This document shows, piece by piece, positions 22,433-24,000 of a stretch of DNA of 24,000 bases. The DNA is from Candidatus Pacearchaeota archaeon CG10_big_fil_rev_8_21_14_0_10_31_59 (GTDB lineage Archaea; Nanobdellota; Nanobdellia; Pacearchaeales; CG1-02-31-27): NCBI GenBank assembly GCA_002763115.1, contig PFCW01000010.1, positions 17,211-41,210 on the forward strand. Direction: 5' to 3'. The notes below the pieces were generated by a model that worked only from the letters and a program-made list of their open reading frames with translations, searched no databases and was not told the DNA's origin. The number at the start of each line of letters is the position of its first letter. The stretch's first letter is position 1. The translations under genes were made by a program, and so were the position numbers.

Positions 22433-22516
22433 GCGGGAGTGCCGGAGCGGTCAAACGGGCTAGACTCAAGATCTAGTGGCTTAGTGCCTACGAAGGTTCG
22501 ATCCCTTCCCCCCGCA
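22433..22516 (+). tRNA. tRNA-Leu (anticodon CAA), type II, intron-less
   Basis: 84 nt: GCGGGAG-TG-CCG..CGG-G-CTAGA-CTCAAGA-TCTAG, variable arm TGGCTTAGTGCCTAC, GAAGG-TTCGATC-CCTTC, CCCCCGC-A. There is one A6.C67 mismatch in the acceptor stem. Confidence 0.85.
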
Positions 22517-22573
22517 TAAAAACTTTTAAAAAGTACTGTTTGTTTATTTTATTATTAATAAAAGGAGGTTAAA

Positions 22574-23161
22574 GTGAACATATTTCAGAAAATAGGTGGT
22601 ATTGTAACCAAACCAGCAAAAACATTCAAAGAGATTTCAAAAGAGAAACTTACTGACGCATTTGCTTTTTACGCACTGATAATAATTGTTCCAGTATTCC
22701 TATTGGCATTGTTTATTGCTTTAGGATTAAGTATCTTCACTGGAATGATTGGCGGTGCTGGGCTAAGTGCAGCAACAGGTTTCGGCGGATTCTTTATAAT
22801 GTTATTCAGCGGTTACATTGGAAGATTTATCGGCTTCTTCATCGGAGGTTTGATAATTTATTTAGGGGTATTGATATTCTCAAAAGCAAGAGGTTTGGAA
22901 ACAACATACAAAGCACTAGCTTATAGTTCAACACCTGGCATATTGCTTGGATGGATACCTTATGTAGGATTTTTAGCGGGAATTTGGGGTCTAGTTTTGG
23001 CAATAATTGGAATTAAAGAGGTATATAAAATAAAAACAGGACAAGCAGTTGCATCAGTTTTAGTAATTCCGATAGTATTAATACTGATATTTGTAATAAT
23101 TGCATTGATTTTGGGTGTCGGTTTATTAAGCTATTTTACAGGTCTAAACGCAGTAACTTAA
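22574..23161 (+). CDS. Yip1-domain family integral membrane protein
   Basis: GTG start preceded by AAGGAGGT at an 8-nt spacing. The N-terminal cytosolic segment KPAKTFKEISKE is followed by 5 TM helices rich in G/I/L, which is the typical Yip1/DUF1282 layout. Confidence 0.55.
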   Translation: MNIFQKIGGIVTKPAKTFKEISKEKLTDAFAFYALIIIVPVFLLALFIALGLSIFTGMIGGAGLSAATGFGGFFIMLFSGYIGRFIGFFIGGLIIYLGVLIFSKARGLETTYKALAYSSTPGILLGWIPYVGFLAGIWGLVLAIIGIKEVYKIKTGQAVASVLVIPIVLILIFVIIALILGVGLLSYFTGLNAVT

Positions 23162-23162
23162 C

Positions 23163-23179
23163 TTTTTCTTTTTTATTTT
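23163..23179. terminator. T-tract cluster (T5, T6, T4) between convergent genes
   Basis: The sequence is acTTTTTcTTTTTTaTTTTa, directly after the stop of the 22574..23161 gene. Confidence 0.35.
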
Positions 23180-23202
23180 AACTTAATGGTAAATCTCTAG
23201 AA

Positions 23203-23754
23203 TTAGATTATCTTTTTCATAATCTTATCAACTTCTCTAAAAACTTCTTTTATCGGCCACCGATTATCAATTCTAAAATCAGCGTATTTTATTGTTTTTG
23301 CAAAATTGAAAGTTTCCCATTCTTTTTTTTCCTGTCTTCTGAATTCTTCAATCGTCTTCACATCACTTTTTCTGTTTCTTTTTTTAATCCTCTTGAATCT
23401 GATTTCAAATGGAGCCTCAACAAAAATTATTTTGGCTTTTAATTTTTTCTTTAATATTGAGGCATCTTTAGGAGTTCTTATTCCATCTATCACAACTTTT
23501 GTCAAATTTTCTCTTTTAATTCTGTCAATAATGCAATTTGACAATGTTCCTCTACAATAATGATTTACTATCTCTCTATTATATTTTCTTAGATTGTCCC
23601 TTGTAACTTTTATATTTCTTTTTTCAAGAATATGTCTTAAAAAATTAGACATTGTTATCTGTTTTAATCCGTATTTTTTTTCTATATAATCAGCAATTGT
23701 TCCTTTACCCGAAGCTATTGTTCCTGTAACCCCGATAAATAATCTCTTTTTCAT
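23203..23754 (-). CDS. P-loop nucleotide/nucleoside kinase (dephospho-CoA-kinase-like / UPF0200-like)
   Basis: Walker A GVTGTIASGKGT at the N-terminus, VIDGIR (an NMP-kinase-like core) and a basic LID-like segment. 183 aa. Confidence 0.55.
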   Translation of the reverse strand: MKKRLFIGVTGTIASGKGTIADYIEKKYGLKQITMSNFLRHILEKRNIKVTRDNLRKYNREIVNHYCRGTLSNCIIDRIKRENLTKVVIDGIRTPKDASILKKKLKAKIIFVEAPFEIRFKRIKKRNRKSDVKTIEEFRRQEKKEWETFNFAKTIKYADFRIDNRWPIKEVFREVDKIMKKII

Positions 23755-23838
23755 TCATTGATTAATCTTTTTTAATATAAAAATCTATTGACTCAAAAAT
23801 CAAAAATTTTAAATACAAGTTATTTATTAGATTAGGGG

Positions 23839-23890
23839 TTAAAATGCGGATGGATAATAGATTAGCTAATTTTGGATGGTTGGGATTGTT
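23839..23890 (+). repeat. Second copy of the 52-bp exact repeat (see 13499..13550)
   Basis: Base-for-base identity with the reverse complement of 13499..13550. Confidence 0.9.
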
Positions 23891-24000
23891 AGGCATATTT
23901 GGGATATTCACAAAAGAATTATTTATTTTATTTTCATTATTTGCATTGTTTTTGTTAGGACTTCTCCCTAGAAAAAAGAAATTGAAGTATGGGGATATTT
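23844..24000 (+). CDS. Miniprotein paralog, copy B (MRMDNRLANFGWLGLLGIFGIFTKELFILFSLFALFLLGLLPRKKKLKYGDI...), truncated by the window end
   Basis: ATG at 23844, preceded by an AGGGGT SD-like site and an A/T-rich TATA-like tract. It stays open to the window end. Its hydrophobic profile and LFALFLLGL motif are shared with copy A. Confidence 0.65.
   Translation, partial: MRMDNRLANFGWLGLLGIFGIFTKELFILFSLFALFLLGLLPRKKKLKYGDI

Noticed and set aside
14247-23560. Remaining short track ORFs inside asnS, the 15494 gene, the 16569 gene, ribL, Nudix-AlaX, the EF-Tu-D2-like gene and the kinase gene (14247..14432, 14256..14453, 15562..15822, 16924..17130, 19279..19476, 20317..20505, 20783..20980, 21186..21443, 21434..21712, 23306..23560)
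   Set aside because: They are antisense or alternative-frame shadows of longer, motif-supported ORFs.
1-24000. Scan for CRISPR arrays, IS/transposase or integrase genes, rRNA, prophage or defence-system signatures
   Set aside because: No regularly spaced direct repeats, no recognisable transposase/integrase/Cas/restriction motifs and no rRNA-like GC-rich blocks were seen. The only long-range repeat is the 52-bp miniprotein 5' segment.

Overview
This is a strongly A+T-rich archaeal chromosome segment. It carries archaeal information-processing genes: MCM helicase, TBP, aIF-1A, aIF-2 beta, a Dim2/Pno1-like KH protein, TYW3/Taw3 and AsnRS. It also has five tRNA genes, three of them with long anticodon-loop introns. 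The tight packing, the many small secreted or membrane-anchored Cys-rich proteins and the absence of biosynthetic operons fit a small-genome, DPANN-like archaeon; that placement is inference and was not tested. Minus-strand genes 1978..6750 form a six-gene co-directional replication/translation array. Other recognisable genes are CorA, an amino-acid permease, a YdjM-type membrane hydrolase, a RibL-like FAD synthetase, a Trbp111-like tRNA-binding protein, a pyruvoyl AdoMet decarboxylase, a Yip1-family membrane protein and a P-loop kinase. I found no rRNA, CRISPR array, transposase, integrase or recognisable defence gene. The observations most worth follow-up are: (1) a conserved ~60-nt hairpin that starts directly after the discriminator base of two different tRNAs, with a compensatory base-pair change between the copies; (2) a shared pyrimidine-stem/AGA/purine-stem hairpin in all three tRNA introns; (3) a Nudix-AlaX-M fusion ORF translationally coupled to an EF-Tu-domain-2-like miniprotein; (4) two unannotated paralogous small membrane ORFs whose first 52 bp are identical while the rest has diverged; (5) a locally GC-enriched, stop-poor convergent intergenic segment that is either an interrupted Cys/His-rich mini-ORF or a structured RNA; (6) a block of five proteins with no recognisable family at 15028..17913. 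All functional calls rest on motif recognition by eye, with no database search.
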